A stretch of DNA of 64,000 nt from Lama guanicoe (lineage: Eukaryota): positions 12,255,325 through 12,319,324 of the forward strand of contig MU054187.1 in assembly GCA_013239625.1 (NCBI GenBank), read 5' to 3'. Made by a program: the position numbers and the translations under genes. A model generated the notes under the pieces. The model saw only the letters and a list, made by a program, of their open reading frames with translations. It was not told where the DNA came from and searched no databases. Shown here piece by piece: positions 41,210 to 55,000 of the stretch (position 1 is the stretch's first letter; every line of letters begins with the position of its first letter).

Positions 41210-42760
41210 CAAAAGTTGAAACATAGTACCTGATTTCAAAATCTTACTATAAAGTTACAATAAAACAGTGGGTTATTGGCATAGGGATAAACAACAGAAG
41301 AAAACAGAGTCCAAAACCAGGCCCACGTAGTTATATCAATTCATATTCAACCAAGGTGGCGAGGTAATTCAATGAGGAAAGGGCAGTCTTTTCAAAAAGT
41401 GGTACCAAAGACTGGTTATACATATGGAGGGGGGAAAGAACCTTAGCCTTTACCTTGTACTATGTACAAAACTTGACTCAAAATGGTAAGATCATAGATC
41501 TAAAATTAAGAACTGAAACTACAAACCTTGTAAAAGAAAGCACTTGAAGAAAATTACTGTGGATTAGGCAAAAAAATTTTTTTTAGGTATGACACCAAAT
41601 GTATAAAAGAAAAAAGACTTAAAAAGACCGTAAAAAGAAAAAAAAGAAACTGAAATATTTTAAAATTAAAGCTTCTGCTCTTCAAAAGACATAATTTAAA
41701 AAATGAAAACAAAAGCCACAGGTTGAAAGAAAATATTGGCAAAATAATTATCTGATAAAGTACATGTATTTAGAATATATAAAGAGCAAAGTAATTGTCT
41801 AATAGAGGACGGCTATAGAATATCTAAAGGACTCTTTTTACAATAATAAAGCAAACAATTCAACTTTTTTAAATGAGTGAACTATCTGAAGACATTTTAT
41901 ATCCATCCTGGGGAATCTACACAGAAAAGTACTGAACGCCATTAGTCATTAGGAAAATGGAAGTTGAAACCAACACGAAATACTGCAGCCTATCCAGCCA
42001 AGTATCTAAAGTGTGGACAAGAACGTGGAGAAACTAGAATCCTCGCATCGCGTCCCTTGCTGGTGGGAAAGCACGATGGTACAGCCGTTTTGGGAACGGC
42101 TGATAAGTTTCTCATCATATAACCCAACACTTTCACACCAAAGTGTGTCTTCATTTCTCTTGAAGACAGACGACCATACACAGAGTTATACGTGAACGGA
42201 CCTAGCAGTTAGGCTCAGAACATCCAAAACCTGGAAACAGTTCAAAAGTTTATCAGTTGGAAAGTGGAGTTTTCAGAATGTGGTACAGTCATACAATGTA
42301 ATATCACCCAACAATAAAAAAGGGACGGATCACTGACATAACGCAACAGCATGAACGAACTTCAAAGGCACTGAACTAAATGAAAGAAGCCAAACACAAA
42401 GACAGAATATTGTATGACTCCGTTTATTTGAAATTTCTAGAAAAAGTAAAACTACAGAGGCAGAAAACAGATCAGAGGTAGACCTGGGTCAGGGAATGCA
42501 AGTGGAGACTGACTGAAAATGGACATGATGGGGCTGACAGAATTGTTCTAAAACTGGATTGCAGTGACGCTAAAGAAAAATGCGTAAGAAATGAGACAAC
42601 AACATTGTAAACCAACTATACTTGAATAAAAAAGATACATAAAATGAAAAAAGAAACGAGACACAAAGCTGTATAAATTTACTAAAAGTCTTCTTTTAAT
42701 ACACTGAAAATGGATGTTTTATGGTAAGCAAATTATACCTCAATTTTTTTAAAGCCAAAA
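41210..42760 (+). mobile_element. L1 (L1MB/MC-like) ORF2 3' part and 3'-UTR, degraded
   Basis: tacctgatttcaaaatcttactataaag, aattcaatgaggaaagggcagtcttttc, ataattatctgataaag, tgaaagaagccaaacacaaa, ttatggtaagcaaattatacctcaat. Confidence 0.88.
42599..42650 (+). mobile_element. 52-bp younger L1 3' tail nested in the older L1, with a 13-bp TSD (1 mismatch)
   Basis: acaacattgtaaaccaactatacttgaataaaaaag; flanked by aagaaatgagaca (42586-42598) and aagaaacgagaca (42651-42663). Confidence 0.8.
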
Positions 42761-43264
42761 AAAATTTTAAATGATTTTTTTTAAAAGGTACCCCTGTGCC
42801 CCTGCTCTCTCTTCCCATGTGATAGCTAAGGTTACAGTGTGAGTAAAGGGATCCAAGGATTAAAAGTAGTTCTAGGAGCAAAAGGTGAGGTGAACATTTT
42901 CCAAGCAGAGGATCAGTAAGCAGAAGCAACACATCATTACTTTGAGGCAAAAAATTTTTTAAAAAATCAGTACTAAGCCTACATCACACATAAAAAGATT
43001 ACCGGCCACATTAAAGCTATAGATTGATGATTTTTCTAAAGGCAGGGGAGGGTTAGGAGGAGATATGCTCCATATTTTGTTTTATTGGTTTTTTAAAATT
43101 ATTTTTTAAATGAATAGTTAGGAACAGAGCCAGAGGAAGCAAGTAAGCTGGGAAGAAAATGAAGTGGCAGCTGTGACACTAGCTACAAGAGCACTCTGTG
43201 ACTACCAGCGAGGGAGGGGCCACATTTTGCTCTTTTGTTTTAACACTCCCACCACCACCAACAA

Positions 43265-43505
43265 CCAGCATTCACTGAATGTGAATTCTGTGCGAGCCCT
43301 GGGCAGAGGGTTTTATACGCGTTACCTAATTTAATCTTCCTAACAACCCTATGAGGGAGGCACTGCAACTATCACCACTATTTTGGAGATTCAGAAACTT
43401 CACTGAGAAGCGAAGCACTTCGTTCAAGGCCACAGAGCTGATGTGCCAGCAAAGCCTGAATTCAAACCCAGAGTCTGATGGCTGAGTCCAAGCATGCTCT
43501 GACCC
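43265..43505 (-). mobile_element. MIR SINE
   Basis: atttaatcttcctaacaaccctatgagg...ttcaaggccacagagctg...gaattcaaacccagagtctga. Confidence 0.85.
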
Positions 43506-44914
43506 AGTAGGCTGCTACAGAAGTTTTGACAATGCTATCATTTTTGCCAGCTTGATTTGAAAAAGACTGTAAAATATGTGACCAGCTTGGAAACTGCTTT
43601 CTTGAGTTTCGGGTATGGTACAACCAAGAGCAGCGTATCCCCCACGTCATCCACCCCAGCTGGCATTGCTAATAAATCCTGATGTCACTGTTCCCTGACT
43701 CAAAGGGAGCCTCCCAACCTTCTCAAAGTTGCCACCAATTAAAGGAATCCATCAGCCAATACATCAGTGTTAGTATGCGAATGAAAATACATTTCCCAAC
43801 TGTAACAACTACCTCGATTTTTGATGGAGAGCAGCGTACATGGCACATGTTGTTGGCACAAGATGACTAACCAGAGGGAACCGCACAACCACCATACATC
43901 ATGTCCCAACAGAGGTCCTGTTACTGGTCTTGTTACTTAGCCAGCACCAGTCCAGTCATCAAGCCAGTCAGACAGGTTGATAGAAATGCAGAGAACATAC
44001 GGGGAAAGGAAGGAAACTCTAGAAGTGCTACTCAGAGTATTTCTCAACAGTTCTAGCCCAGCACATCTGAACAGACACCCACCAGAACGCATGGACCCAT
44101 AACGCATGATTAATACAGCAATTAATTTTTCCACTTTTTGCTTAAAAGCACAAAAACTCCCAAACAACTGAACCTAAAATGCACCTTTAACTTAGAATGT
44201 TTCAAATCATATCACAGCAAGAGGAAAGTCATACTTTCAAGACTTAACTTTAAGAACTACTCCAGATTATTGAACAGGACATTGTATTTTTCTTTGATAC
44301 ATATTACATATTTTACATAATATAAAAATGCCCTAAAATATATTTTCATATTTTAATAAAATATTAAAATCCCGAAGCTGCTGCGTTGCAAAAGTCTTAA
44401 TAATGTGCACTCCATATGCAAGGAAAAATTATTTCCCAGTTATTAAGTTAACAGTGCTAAAAATAAGATCTAGACTACAGAAGAATAATTTATAAGCTAA
44501 CTGATTAATTTGCATGTATACTTCAGACAAGCTCATGTTTTCTTTCTTTGTTTAAAGGGTTCTACCTCCAGTGAAGACATTAACCCCCAACTCTTTAAGA
44601 AGCAATTTTCATTTTCTAGTTTTTTTCAAGAGGTCAGTGGTATCCTATCAAGACCCCCTTAAAATAATATTTAGCTCTTAAAACTTATGTATAAACATTA
44701 ATTAATTCACCTTCTAATTATTCTTCCAACTATTCTTTCTGCCTATCATAGATAAAGCTATAACTTAACTCGCTCAGAGAAACCTTCAGTTTTCTAAAAC
44801 TGGTGCTTAAATTTAATTGAAAGTCAATCTTAAGGTGTCCTTTTGTTATTTTAATTCAAATTAATAAAATGCTTCAAAAAGTACAATTAATCATAGGTTA
44901 AATAAGAAGAGATT

Positions 44915-45510
44915 AAAGCCGATTAAAAAATGGGCAGAGGACCTAAACAGACATTTTTCCAAAGACATACAGATGGCCAACAGGTACATAAAAAGATGCT
45001 CAACATCACTAACCATCAGAGAACTGCAAATCAAAACCACAATGAGGTGTCACCTCACACCTGTCAGAATTTCTATCATCAAAAAGACCACAAATAAATG
45101 TTGGCAAAGATGAGAAGAAAAGGGAACCCTTGTACACTGTTGCTGGGAATGTAAACTGGAAAACAGTATAAAAGTTCCTCCAAAAAAACTAAAAATAGAA
45201 CTACCATATGACCCAGCAATTCCACTGTTGAGTATATATCTGGGGGGGGGCCCAAAAACACAAATTAAAAGAGCTATGAGCTCGTTGCACCAGTGTTCAA
45301 GCAGCATTACTTAAAACTGCCAAGATATGGAAACAACTTAAGTGTCCACCAACAGATGACTGGATAAAAATGTAGTGTATATATACAATGGAATACTACT
45401 CAGTCATAAGAAAGAATGCAATTTTGCCATTTGCAGCAACACAGATGTACTTGGAGGGTATAGATGGACTTGGTAAAATAAGTCAGACAGAGGAAGACAA
45501 ACACTATATG
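44915..45510 (+). mobile_element. L1 (L1MA-like) ORF2 end and 3'-UTR
   Basis: aaaaaatgggcagaggacctaaacagacatttttccaaaga, aatagaactaccatatgacccagcaattccact, caatggaatactactcagtcataag. Confidence 0.92.
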
Positions 45511-45559
45511 CAACTATCATAAAACAGTAACTGCCAAAGAGTAATATTCTTGCACAGAG

Positions 45560-46030
45560 ACAGACCTAGAAGAAAAATTAATCTCATACGTAGTTGAATG
45601 TACATGGCTCAAATTTGAGAGAGGAGTAAAGATACTAAATTTGGAGTCACTAACCTGAAAATAGTATTTAAATCCATAGAACTGGTTAAGATATCTTAGG
45701 GAGAAGAGATAACAGAGAGCTGGGAGCTGGAATTAAACCCAAAGGAACTCCTACTTTAAAAAATTATGTAGAAAAGGAACTAGCCAAAGAGAATGAGAAG
45801 AAATTACCTAAGAGGCAGGAGGAAGACAAGCAAAGACAAGTACTATAGAATCTGAGATGGAGAGTTCCATGGAGAGGGGAGACACCATTCAATGCTCAGT
45901 AGTGAAAATTACACAGTTTCTACTTGATTTGGCAAGCAGAAATTGCTCATAACCTTCCTCAGAAGAGTTTCATCGACTGGAGAAAAGTTAAGGTGTTGAC
46001 AAATGAATACAAAATAAGGATCTGAAGACA
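45560..46030 (-). mobile_element. L2 LINE internal fragment
   Basis: aaatttggagtcac, atttaaatccatagaactgg, gagaagaaattacc; purine-rich antisense L2 text. Confidence 0.6.
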
Positions 46031-48354
46031 GCACATGCAAATGATCACCATCATGATTACCTTATCTCAACTTTATCTTCTTCTGTAGACTGGGAGCTTC
46101 TGGAGGGCAAGGGTAAGGTTTTATCCACCTTTGACTAAGAAGACAATCTGCTGTTGGACTAAAGATTTTTAAATAACGCTCCTACAAAAGTCCTGGAGCT
46201 TTAATTAGGGTGCTCAGCCCCCAAATTCATACAATAATAGTCTTTAATAGAATTAGAGGAGAGCAAAGAAACAGTAAGTTATTGAGCAGAACTTAATCTT
46301 TCTTAAACAGAAACAAAAGACTCAGGGATGACCCCTACCAAGACTAGAACATGCCAACCGGACAACCAATCAGAAATTAAAGGCAGACCCCCAAAAAACT
46401 AGGAGTAGAATTTTAACTGCTTTTGGTCCCAGTAATGTAAATAATTTTGCCCTTAATGTTCCCATTTATTCTCCTTGAAATGAAAACAGGCTTACTGTAT
46501 ATACTAGAATAGTAGAGGATTTCCATAAATTATCAATTTATTTCTTATAATAAACCATTGAGAGGAAATGTCTACCTTTCTCAATAAAATAAAATATATA
46601 CCCTGCAAATGTTAACAACTGAGAGAAAAAATCTACTTAGGGAGAAAGAATAAGGCTGTGAACTCCTCTCTGAAACCGACCCTAATTAATGCTGTAGTGA
46701 CTACTCTAGCTGATAGAAAATGAGCCTAGAAGCCTCTCCTCATATCCCCGAGTACAAGGCAGACAAGCCTGTATAATTACCTCAAGACTCTGGGTAACAA
46801 AAGGAGGTGAATCAAAAGTAACATTAAAACTATATGATCTGTCGACATAGGATGGGGTAGTCTGTAAGCCCCGATACCTAGCAGTACCCTCAAAACTAGT
46901 ATCACAAGGACTGGCACAGACCTTCTGTCCACCAAAGCTCCCCTTCTGAGTTTCTCTTTCCTCCCTGAGGACCAGCCTCTTCCCCAAATGACTGGGCCTG
47001 CCAATTCTCACCCCCTACAGGGAGGCCAGGCCGCAGCTTTCAACAGGGTATAACCACACTAAGATAGTCACCATCTCAACATAATACAGGGTACATTCTT
47101 TAAATTTGAAGGAAAAAAAAGAAAGAAAGAAAGCCTACACTCAATATGAAAGAAGGTAGGAGAACGTCTTCTTAAAAAGGAAGATATTACAAAATACCCA
47201 CTGTATAGCCAAGAAGAGGTAACACAACTTGTCTAAAGTCAAAGATATTAAACCCTCGTCCACCTGACTCCAGGCCCACGTTCCTACCACTCTGACTGCT
47301 GGCTAGGCAGCTCTGATCCGCTGAAAACAAAAAAATATAGCAAGCACCGAAACAATGGTGTTTTTCTTCCAAGCTGAAAACGGCTCACATGTGTGGATAA
47401 TGTTTGTTCACAGTTGTAGTTTTATATCACAGATAAGTTTTCTTCCCCTTTGGGTAAAATTACAATTTTATGTGATATAATTAAGTGTAGCAATATTTTA
47501 TAGAGTTCCAGAAAGAATATGGTATTCCAAAAATGAGCACTGGACTACTAGGAGAAAATCACTGCAACTTACTAAGCGGAAAACGGAGAGCTTCACCTTG
47601 GAGTTCCGTTAGTACCTACCTAGTCCAATTTGCGCACGCGCTCTCTCTCTATATGTGACTTCACTGAGTCATATCATGGGTTCAACTGTGACTCAGAAGA
47701 ATTATTACCAAAAAAGATACTTCATCATAAACGGGATTCATTGTGTGAACCTACAGTTTCCCATTTTGTTAAAAAACTTAAAATGCAATTTTTCATTTTA
47801 CTGTGTCTAGGTTTTGACAAAAACATGGAGGAACAATGGAGAAAACTGGATCCTGTGGCAAAAACACCATTTTGCATCAAAATTTAGGTCTGGAAGAATC
47901 CTGGAAATAATCTATCGTAACTACTCAGTTTTCCAAGATGGAAGACTGAGGCTCAAAGAGATCAGTACCTCTCCTGACAACGACAGGACTGCCGCTCACC
48001 AATGGAGTTTCTGTGAACCCAGAAACAAATATTATCCTAGAAAAGCTGGCCTTGCCATCATGTCTTAACTGTCTGCTACAGAAATCATCATCAAAAGCGT
48101 GTCTACCTTCCCACCACAGAAGGGCACCAAGCACACTGAAAGGTATGAGAGGCTTGTAACTTAGTTGTGAATCTAGAATTTAAGGTTAAAATACCTAACC
48201 ACACAAAACACAAACAGAACTTGGAAGATCTGCAAATGATTGGTCTAAGTGCAAAACATACAGAACAACAAGGAGAGCCACCTTGTGTTGGTGTGTATCA
48301 GGTGTCAGTTACTCTGATACAGATTTCACGAGCATTGCTTTTAATATTTTCCAT

Positions 48355-48490
48355 AAACAGGCACCTATCAATTCTATTTCGCAGATAAGGAAAGTGCAAG
48401 TCAGAGAAGTTAAGTGATTTCCTCGAGGAAAAGCAAGAGGAAGAACCACATGTGGAATCGAGGTCTTTCTGAATCAAGACTTCCACCCTA
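48355..48490 (-). mobile_element. MIR SINE
   Basis: tatttcgcagataaggaaagtgcaagtcagagaagttaagtgattt. Confidence 0.7.
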
Positions 48491-49214
48491 GCCCTGCTGT
48501 CTCTACCCCTGCTCCTCCTGCCAGGCTCCACTCCTCCACACCCTCTAGCCCACCCACCTCCTTATTCTCCCCAGAAGAAAAGAGCTGGTATCAAGAAGAT
48601 GCTTTCTAACAACCAGCTACTACAACAACAGCCCCAAGCATCAATTCACCCAATGAATTCACCCAATACAACCCAACAAATTGCCCTAAAATGTTTCACT
48701 AACAAGATTATTCAGTTACTGGCTTGTTGTGCTTCTCTAAGCAAAGAAAATGGAAGAAGTGCTACAATACTGTAGGGTCAAGACAGAGGTGAAGGCAAAA
48801 ATTTAAAGGCTGTGACAAAATGGGGACTTAATCTGACATGAGGAATTGCATTAAAAAAAAAAATAAAACAAGTCTAAACCCTAAGTGGGGAGACAGCTAG
48901 GAAAACAACCTATTGGAGCTGAATTTTTTCTCAAGTACAAGAACGTATATAAATGTCCAGGAAATGCCCATAAAATTTTCTAATATCGTATTTTCACTCC
49001 GATGACAATCTAAAATTATTTAACACAGGGATATCACCAATTACACATATAGCTGATTGCCTCCTGCCATTTAATTTCAGTCCTTGGATTTGTGTTTATG
49101 ATTGGATTAGGGACTAGTATTATTTTACTATCTTTGATATCAAATCTTAAGGAGCAAAGTTTTCAATAAATTCAAGGAAAGAAAAAAAATGGGGGAGATG
49201 AGAGGCATCGCCAC

Positions 49215-49380
49215 ACCACTAATTGTAGTATATGCTGAACTCGATGGAACCTGAGCCCCGCAGTTGTAAATAGCATGTCTGTCACAGCCACACAACACTG
49301 CATGGTGCTGATAAGTTAAATCTCATTGATTTGGTAGTTTTATTTATATTTAGTTAGTAAATCTGATTTTGTTTTATACG
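49215..49380. mobile_element. Possible ancient hAT/Charlie-type DNA transposon fragment
   Basis: Weak resemblance only; no terminal inverted repeats identified. Confidence 0.25.
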
Positions 49381-49381
49381 T

Positions 49382-49442
49382 TCTCCCCCCCCCTCTCTCT
49401 CTCTCTCTCTCTTTTCCCATCTCTCTCTCCCTCCCTCCCTCT
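49382..49442. repeat. CT-rich / (CT)n low-complexity repeat
   Basis: cccccccctctctctctctctctctctctt...ccctccctccct. Confidence 0.9.
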
Positions 49443-49552
49443 AGGCAGTCACCTCAGCACTGAGAAGTAGACATTTTGCTGACCATCCTAGAATAAACCA
49501 CAGCCTAAAGAGGATAATCATAATGATGACAATAATACATAAAGAACAGAGC

Positions 49553-49975
49553 TGTGGAAGACTAATGATGGCAATGAACTCTTTGATACTCCTCCCACTG
49601 AAAAATGAAGTTTAACTGCCCTTCCCTTGAAACTGGAGTGGCTTTAATGATTGACTGGACCGAAAGGTGGCAGAAGTGATATTCTGGGGCTTTGGAGCCT
49701 TGAATCTCCAGCCTGAAACCCTTTGTCTTACAATCTGGAAGCCACTGTACTGTAAGTAAACCAAACCTCACCATGTGAAGAGGCCATATAAAAAAGAGAT
49801 GCCCAGCCAGCTCCATGCTGTGCTAGCCCATAACAGTTTCTCATCATCCCAGCTGAGACTCCAGACGTCGCAGAGCAGACACAAGCCATCCCTGCCATGC
49901 CCTGTCCAAATTCCTAATCCACAGAATGATGAGAAAATAATAAATTATCGTTTTAAGTAACAGATAACCAGAATA
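49553..49975 (+). mobile_element. MLT1 (MLT1G/H-like) solo LTR
   Basis: Starts tgtggaagact...ctttgatactcctcccactga...cccttcccttgaaactgg; ccctgtccaaattcctaatccacagaat; ends cagataaccagaata. Confidence 0.85.
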
Positions 49976-50109
49976 AAAACTAATCCCTTTTTAATAAATA
50001 CTAATAAGGACTTTAAAGCAAAAATTAAAATGTCTCAGGCAGACTAGCTGTAAATCAGAACGACATCAGACACAAAAGAGGATTATGATGCATAAAGATA
50101 AATATAAAT

Positions 50110-50230
50110 CTATTCACTCACTTATCCAGTAAATATTTATAATACCAGGATCTGTAAACAAGGATATACACAGGCTCTGGAGATGATTGGAAAAAAAAAA
50201 AAAAAGCCCAGACTTCAAGGAGCTTAGAAA
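50110..50230 (-). mobile_element. L2 3' fragment containing a poly(A) run
   Basis: ttcactcacttatccagtaaatatttat...cttcaaggagcttaga. Confidence 0.55.
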
Positions 50231-51589
50231 GTATTATGTATCTAGTGTCTCCCTGTGTTATTTTTTATTGTTCTGCACAAAAAATAACAGAATGAACAAT
50301 TCAGATCAAATCAAAATGCAGACGGATCTCATAAAGTGACCCAGGATTTGAGTTCCTCTGTGAGAAGGAAGTGAAGATGGAATCCAAACCCCACAAAAGG
50401 TCATTTGTAGTATCTAAACATGCTTAACTGTAGCACAATCGAATGCTGGGGTTCTCACTTTAGACTATAAATTCAAGGCATGCGTAACTAATCCTTTTTA
50501 TCTTTTCTTCATAAAGTATCAGGTTAAAGAAACTTTTAAAGATATGATTACAAATAGGCCGAGCAGACCTTTGCTGCTTTAGTGCAGTCAAGGTCTGGGC
50601 ACCCAGAACGGGCCAAGCAAGTAAGGTCAGCAGCGAGCTGCTGTTTTAACAAGATTTATTTCTGTCTAGGTGTGTGACAGTTTAAACAAACAGACTTACT
50701 ATATTCCAGTGACTAAAATAATTTTAACTGCCTCTTTTATTAAAGCATAGACAATTTAACCTTTCATAATATTATTCTCCGGATTCTAAAATTATTCACA
50801 CTTTTCCTATTTGCAGTGTTTCTCTATTCAAATTTCACATGAAGTCAAAAAGAACACAAATAGAGAAAATTTTTCTCTCAGGCATTTTTAAATACAGGAA
50901 AACGTTTGATCTCACACTGTAAAAGAATAAAATGGTAAATAAGTATGCTCATGGCCTCTTGGGCAAGAGACCACACAGTATGTCTCAAAATCACCAGCAC
51001 CTAGTACAAGGCCTCTGCACAAAGTACTCGGCAAATGTGTGTTGACTGATAACACGTTTATTTCTTACTCATTTTTCAAGTGTGGCCAATAAAAATAAGC
51101 AGTGCTATTTTCTGTCTTAGTAAGTACCTGAGGCAAAGAAAAAAGGATAACATTTTCAAAAGCGGTCATCGAGAAATATATCTTCTCATTCTTTTTCTCC
51201 AAAACATTGGGGGGGAGGGAGTTAACAAATTCTCCATGCTCTAAATGCCAAAACAGTAAATAAAGATCAGTAGCAATAAAACAGGAACCCAAATTATAAA
51301 CGGCCTTGGTTTATCTTTGCTCTCATAATTTCAGTTTTAGCACATTACATGGTAATTTGTCAGAATTTTTTTAAAACATGACACAGAAGAAAAAAAATTC
51401 TCATTACTAAAAAGTAACTCATCAATATTTTATCTAAAATATACTATAAAAGTCAAAACAGAGTCCTGAACAATAACATAATTAGGAACTTAAAAATGAT
51501 AATACTAACATTGCATTACAGAAAGCAATCTGGGAGGAAGATATACAAGAGTATCTGACAACAGGTAGCTGGTTGTCCCCGCTTCCAGA

Positions 51590-51745
51590 CTGGTCTGAGG
51601 CCAGCACAGCGTTGGAGCGCGGGTCAGGGGACCTGGCCGTCTGGTCTCCGGGTAAGACCCAAGGCCAGTCACTTATCTCTAGGTCTCAGTTTCCTCAATG
51701 ACAAAAAGAGAGAGTGGCACAATTATCTGCTTCAACTCTAAAAAA
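51590..51745 (+). mobile_element. MIR/MIR3 SINE
   Basis: aggccagtcacttatctctaggtctcagtttcctcaatgacaaaa...ttcaactctaa. Confidence 0.65.
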
Positions 51746-51884
51746 GTCTACCCACCTCAAATATAGAGCCATTAGTCCAAATAAATAAAGCTTTAAAACA
51801 CTTGCATCTTCCACTTGCTGAGGCACAATTATTTCCCTAATCTTACAGATAATCTACAGATAGATTCTTTTCCTCTTATTTTAT

Positions 51885-52045
51885 CTTTACGATGATTCTG
51901 GGAGGAAATACAGACTGAGTCTGTAATTATTACGTGCCTTAAGCAAATGTCAAGAGGGAGCCTCAGTGAGGTTATGTGATTTGATTAAAGTCATTCAGCC
52001 AAAAAAGACTAGAAATCAGATCGACTGGCCTCTGGCTCAGTGCTC
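51885..52045 (-). mobile_element. MIR SINE
   Basis: gcctcagtgaggttatgtgatttgattaaagtcattcagc. Confidence 0.55.
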
Positions 52046-55000
52046 AAATTTCCAGAAAAGCCACTTTTAAATCCATGAGAACGAAAAAATAAATTATATA
52101 CTAGTAAAGAGGGAAAAAATAACATGGTGTTATTTTTAAATGGCTACACTGCTTCTTTAAATCACAATGTCACGTCTTAAATTCCCTAAGATGATACAAT
52201 TTTAGGCCTTTATGTTTCAAAATATTTTCAGGGTTCCTGGAATAAGAAAATCCCAGTAGCTTAAACATGTAATAAAAATATCACCACATATCGGTCTCAT
52301 AAATTGATGTATATTCCTTGACAAAAGGGTGTCTGTAATAAAACAAGTTTTGGAATATTTGTAGATTTAACAACACACAGAAGCTTTTTAGCTTATCTGG
52401 CATTTTACAAAGTTGTTGATCAATATACATTTCACATTTTTGAAAAAACAGCAATTGACATTCTAACGCACGTTTGTTCCGATGAACCCCTCCTGGAAAA
52501 TACTTCTGTAAATTTAAGAAACATATCCATTTGCTAAATAAAACACAAAATTACTACAGCCTTTCCTTACTTCCCAAGCACACTTATTTTCTGGGAAAAA
52601 AATGAAGTATCTTAAAACTTGTTACAGTGGCAGTGTTTCTTTTTATTTTTCCTGAAAAGTTGCTAGTCTAATATTATATTTAGAATCAAGAACAACTCCG
52701 AATAGAGAACTATGCCAAAAAATCTTCTCATAATCTTAAAATACACTCTCAGTGACACAAATAACATCATATTAACAGGTTTCCTCCAACTGTCACACTA
52801 AATCAAACACCCGGAACTGATACTAAGGAATATGAGAGGAGACCGCACTTCAGATGGAAGTGTATTCGCAAAGACAGATAATGGGGGTTGGGGGGTGTTC
52901 ATTAGAGAAATAACATTTGAATCAATGTTGAACTATTATAGGGATTTGTGCCAAAAATAGAGAGTGAGCAATTACGGGTAAGGATGAGCCAAATTACCTT
53001 CCCATTAAGCCCAGTTAACCTACCAGCAACATGGAAGTAACTCTAAGCATAGGTTTTGCCCTATTTATAAAACAGTAAACTCTGAGGCAAAAGTTAATTA
53101 GCTCATCTCAATTTATCTTATGCTCATGATTTTATAACACTAGCTGATTTTATTTAATTCCCAAAGGGATCAGGCTCTTTTAACCCTTCCTCCAGATAAC
53201 TATGAGTTCCCTAATACAAATTAACCAAGCACATCTTTTTTTACTTCCATCTAATAGTGTTTAGCAAGTCCAAAAATACTTTCAAATGCTTCTGAAAATG
53301 TAAGGCAGCTTAGAAACTTGAGCTGTTTTTAGTAATGGTATTTTAAAAGTGGTATAACTTACCACTCCAAGCAAAGAGGTATGACTTGTCACTGGTAATA
53401 GTGTGACATGGGACAGTGAAAAGAGCTATTTTGAGAAAATAAGAGATTATGGGTTCTAGTCTCAAACCTCATCCTTCCCCTCACGTGTACGAAACGTAAT
53501 GCTTACGTAATTCACAAATCAAATTTCGGTTTAAAAATGAAAGAAATTATAGCAGAATACGTTATGTATCTGTTTTTAAAGGTACATGGAAAAACTATTT
53601 TTAGAAATAGAAGCCGTCAATGTTGCCTAGAAGATTTTAGATATTTCAGTTCTCCTTAGTCCTTAAAGAGACACAGGTTTCTCTACTCCCCCCTCTCTTA
53701 TATCCATTTTAAGAATTTAGAAAGTAATTCTGTTCAGCAGGCCATAAACAGTTCTCAGATACGGGGTAAACTTCAAAAGCCACTTCCTTGTCCACAAATA
53801 CATGAACAAGTCATGTTTTAAAATAAAGCACAGAATACCACAAAAAGACACAGAAAGGCATCACAGTATATAGTATGTTCAGCAACCTACAGTTATCCTA
53901 TTTTTGGCTATGGAGTAAATAAAAGTCACCTTTGTGCAAATGACTTTAGCCTTCAAGTGCTAGGTTAAGGATTAACACACATCTAAACCCACTTCAGAAA
54001 TAATAATAAACAGCATTTTTTGGAAGGCCACATTAAAAAGATGAAAGTACCCAAACTCCATGGCCTAACAAGCCTGTGAGAGAAAGAACTAAGTCAGCCT
54101 GCACTCTGCAGGGCGCCAACTGGAACAAAAACGCAGAAGCATTTACTCGCCTTCAGTTCATCTCAAGGAAAACACTAGCAAGTGAGGGTCCTGAAATGCT
54201 CTTTAAATATGGAACCAAGCAACCTTTATTTCCTAAATGTAAAATATAATTTTAAAAAAGTAAGTCTAATGGAAAAGATCGACATCTGAACCTACTTTTC
54301 ATCACTCGTTGAGCTTCTTTTTTGAAAACACTGGAATTGTAGCGTTGCAGGTGTGAGGAAGACCACTGTCCGCCACAGCTGCCTTCTAACTTTGAGGAGC
54401 AGCCGTTTCCCATGGGTGTGTCGCCTCAGGCCGAGGACAGAAACTATCAGTGCTCTCCAGAGGACGTTTCCTGCTTCAAGTCAACAGCCCTCTTACCTAA
54501 GAGGAGCGCAGAGATGATAAACCCTGTGGACTGACGCTACTCACTCCTAGTTGTTGGAGCCTTTCCGTCCAACTGAATGCCCCCAGTGTCCAACAAGTTC
54601 AGTAAGAGACTGCAGGGGAGAAAAGCAGTGGAGTGCTAAAGAAGACAGGGCCTGGTGCCTCACTTCTTGATTACATATCTTACAGAAATCAGATTATTTA
54701 ATACTGGCTATAAAGCACTGATCATCTAGCTTGTTGATAATACGAAAGTCCTTCCACCTGGTATTTTTTTCCCACTTTTATGTTGGCTATTTCTTTGGGC
54801 ATTCAACACCGCCAAGGAAAAGAAAGGGTTGAGAAAATGAGGTCAAATTCCAATCTATGAATTTCATTCCCAGCAAAAGCACTTAAAAAACAAAACAAAT
54901 AGAATAACCTCTTAGAGACTTAAAATACAGTAAAACACTAAAAGTAGTTGTGTAAGGATGGTGCCATTTGTGGGTAAATTCTTTAATGTCCACACCTTCT

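Noticed and set aside
48643..48667. Short direct duplication of aattcacccaat (also acacagttgtttc twice near 32705-32735)
   Set aside because: Ordinary slippage duplications with no inserted element
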